From Opitutales bacterium (GTDB lineage: Bacteria > Verrucomicrobiota > Verrucomicrobiia > Opitutales > UBA2987), in NCBI GenBank assembly GCA_965226885.1, contig CBDDEL010000010.1, forward strand, positions 32,001 to 96,000: 64,000 nt of DNA, read 5' to 3'. A model generated the notes under the pieces. The model saw only the letters and a program-made list of their open reading frames with translations. It had not been told where the DNA came from and ran no database searches. Within the stretch, counting starts at the first letter, position 1; each line of letters starts with the position of its first letter. Shown here in pieces: positions 61,683-64,000 of the stretch. Both the position numbers and the translations under genes were made by a program.

Positions 61683-63590
61683 GTGAAAAGTGTGGTAATT
61701 TTTGTTAATCTGGCGATTGCGCTTGTTTTCACGCTATTGCCGTTTTCCTTGCCCGCAGCACATTTTGTTGATGTCACGCTCTTCGCTGGGGTGGATTATG
61801 AACACCGGGTCCCTGAAGATCCCATCCCACAGCAGCCGTTTATGACAGCCGGTGCGGCAGCCGGTGATTATAATAACGATGGCTGGATGGACCTATATGT
61901 AACCCTGCTCGATGCACCTGATTTGTTATTTAAAAATAATGGAAATGGAACGTTTACCAATGTGGCTTCCAGCGTTGGCCTAGGCCAAAACTTTCCTTCC
62001 AGCGGCGCCGCTTGGGGCGACATCGATAACGATGGAGATCAGGACCTTTATGTAAGCACTATCGGGGCCAAGCGTTATTACCTCTACATCAATAATGGAT
62101 TGAGCCAATTTACAGAAGAGGCTATAGAACGAGGAGCAGCTTTACAAAGCGAGATAGATCACTCCGGCTTTAGTGTCAGCTTTGGCGATTACGATCGTGA
62201 TGGCTGGCTGGATATTCATACCACTGAATGGGATATTCAACCCAGCGGGGCCTCTATAATGCAACACTCCGTTCTTCTTCGCAATGAAGGCTCTACAGCG
62301 CCAGGGTATTTCTACAATGTAACGAATGAATCCGGTGTTTTGAAAAATTTTGGCCAAGCGCAATTCGGATTTTCCTCAAGCTTTTCCGACATGGACCGTG
62401 ATGGGTGGCCCGATTTGGTAATCGCCGCTGATTTCGAAACGAGCCAAATCTTTTGGAATAACGGAGATGGCACCTTTACCGAGGGCACCGCCGCAGCCGG
62501 AGTCGGCACCGATGAAAACGGGATGGGATCCGCTATTGGCGATTATGACGGCGATGGGCTCCTTGATTGGTTTGTATCCTCCATCTACAGCTCCAATCCC
62601 AATGTTAACAGTGGCAATCGGCTTTATCGAAACCTGGGAAATCGAACCTTCTCCGATCAAACCGATGCCGCCGGCGTGAGAGATGCCGATTGGGGATGGG
62701 GGTCAGTATTCTTTGATTTTGACAACGATGGCGACCTCGACCTGACCGTGACCAACGGGGAGGAATTCCCCCGTCAATTCAACTCTCCCTACGACACAGA
62801 TCGCACTCGGCTGTGGGAAAATGAGGGGGGTTTTTTCAATGAAGTTGGCCTCGAACATGGAATTACGGACACCGGATCAGGCAAGGGTATCGTTACCTTC
62901 GATTATGACAACGATGGCGATCTCGACCTGTTTATTGCCAACAACGGGGGACATCCTGTACTCTATAATAATCAAAGTGGCAACAACATGGCGTGGCTTA
63001 GAGTCCGCACCGTGGGACAGTATTCAAACAAGGATGGCATCGGCGCTTTTTTGACTTTGGAACCCAAGGCCGGCGGTCCCCAGCAGGTCAGGGAAATCAC
63101 CGGAGGCAGCAATTTTTTAAGCCAAAATGAATTGACCGCTCATTTTGGCCTTGGGCAGCAAACCGAGCCGGTTGCGCGTCTGTCAATTCGCTGGCCAAGC
63201 GGCCTGCTACAGGTGTTTAAAGATCTACCTGTTAATTCCACCTTGATTGCGGTCGAGGAAGATCCCTTTCATGGTCAATCTATCGGAGGGTATCCCCAAT
63301 GGCGGACATCGAATTGGTATGGCAATTATCATACCGGCTACTGGCCATGGATATTTCATGCCGAGCATGGCTGGCTATACATCAATGTGGAAAATGAATC
63401 CAATGCAATTTACCTGTGGGATTCGGGCCTTAAAGCCTGGTGTTTTATCAATGAATCCAATTATCGTTGGATATACCTGTTCGGCCAGGAAGAGGGCTGG
63501 GTGTGGGCGTTTTCGGATAACACTCCAGGAAGAAGATTTTTCCAACGTCTCAATGACGGCAGCTTGATCCGCGTCTCGAACGGCACCTAG
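61683..63590 (+). CDS. CRTAC1/ASPIC-UnbV family FG-GAP repeat protein with Trp-rich C-terminal domain
   Basis: Multiple DxDxDGxxD repeats, N.DGIGA, HFGLG, IRWPSG, and a tail PWIFHAEHGW. Confidence 0.9.
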   Translation: MKSVVIFVNLAIALVFTLLPFSLPAAHFVDVTLFAGVDYEHRVPEDPIPQQPFMTAGAAAGDYNNDGWMDLYVTLLDAPDLLFKNNGNGTFTNVASSVGLGQNFPSSGAAWGDIDNDGDQDLYVSTIGAKRYYLYINNGLSQFTEEAIERGAALQSEIDHSGFSVSFGDYDRDGWLDIHTTEWDIQPSGASIMQHSVLLRNEGSTAPGYFYNVTNESGVLKNFGQAQFGFSSSFSDMDRDGWPDLVIAADFETSQIFWNNGDGTFTEGTAAAGVGTDENGMGSAIGDYDGDGLLDWFVSSIYSSNPNVNSGNRLYRNLGNRTFSDQTDAAGVRDADWGWGSVFFDFDNDGDLDLTVTNGEEFPRQFNSPYDTDRTRLWENEGGFFNEVGLEHGITDTGSGKGIVTFDYDNDGDLDLFIANNGGHPVLYNNQSGNNMAWLRVRTVGQYSNKDGIGAFLTLEPKAGGPQQVREITGGSNFLSQNELTAHFGLGQQTEPVARLSIRWPSGLLQVFKDLPVNSTLIAVEEDPFHGQSIGGYPQWRTSNWYGNYHTGYWPWIFHAEHGWLYINVENESNAIYLWDSGLKAWCFINESNYRWIYLFGQEEGWVWAFSDNTPGRRFFQRLNDGSLIRVSNGT

Positions 63591-63763
63591 TAATTTTTAT
63601 CTATCTGTGATAACCGAAAAGGACAATCCGCCGGGTATCGACCCGAGTTTATTTTATAATAACGACTTGACGCCCGTTCCCCATGAATCGCATCCGGACT
63701 TTCTGGAATATGATGGCTTGGTGGGCGATTTCTTTCTTAATATTGCCGATTTTTGATTACAGA

Positions 63764-64000
63764 ATGCTCAATTATTTGAATAAGATATTATTCCTCTCGT
63801 TAAGTGCATTCATTCTGACGGATGGCTCCAGCGCTTTGGGCTCTGACTATAGCCTGCTCGTGAAGAACGGATGGCTCGTTACTTTGTCCGAGGAGACCGA
63901 GGAATCGTTTGTCGGATTCCTCCTGGTGGATTCTGAAGGTCGCATAGCAAAGATCGGTGTGGGAGAACCCGATCCTGAAGTTGAAGCCGCGTCTGTTGTG
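63764..64000 (+). CDS. Probable amidohydrolase/deaminase family protein with signal peptide (partial)
   Basis: Manual translation MLNYLNKILFLSLSAF...LLVKNGWLVTL...LLVDSEGRIAKIG resembles the amidohydrolase N-terminal beta-sandwich. The catalytic part lies beyond the window. Confidence 0.55.
   Translation, partial: MLNYLNKILFLSLSAFILTDGSSALGSDYSLLVKNGWLVTLSEETEESFVGFLLVDSEGRIAKIGVGEPDPEVEAASVV

Overview
64-kb bacterial chromosomal segment. The gene set and protein style (split CoaC, SET protein, Trp-rich C-terminal domains, CRTAC/ASPIC protein) suggest Verrucomicrobiota, probably Opitutales; this is an inference. Intact core genes are dnaX, ffs, coaC, leuA (with a Leu-rich leader), pcm, trmH, xth, pyrD and prfB (with its programmed +1 frameshift). 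The accessory genes are decaying. There are six IS copies from four families (2x IS1, IS630, an IS1380 inserted into a copy of itself, one IS5-like), two IS-junction deletions, nonsense and frameshift pseudogenes, and about a dozen short tandem duplications (5-189 bp), four of which break ORFs. The best candidate for an undescribed system spans 4.7-19.4 kb: three paralogous GT4-GT2 glycosyltransferases plus a methyltransferase, facing away from a TolC/adaptor/permease/ATPase exporter whose LolD/MacB-type ATPase is fused in frame to an Stf0-type sulfotransferase, followed by a second Stf0 paralog. Other notable signals are an A10 slippage site in dnaX, a shared Trp-rich C-terminal domain, signal-peptide-bearing SAM/MTA salvage enzymes, and a duplicated hairpin used as the IS1380 target. 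All family calls come from motif recognition by eye, not database searches.
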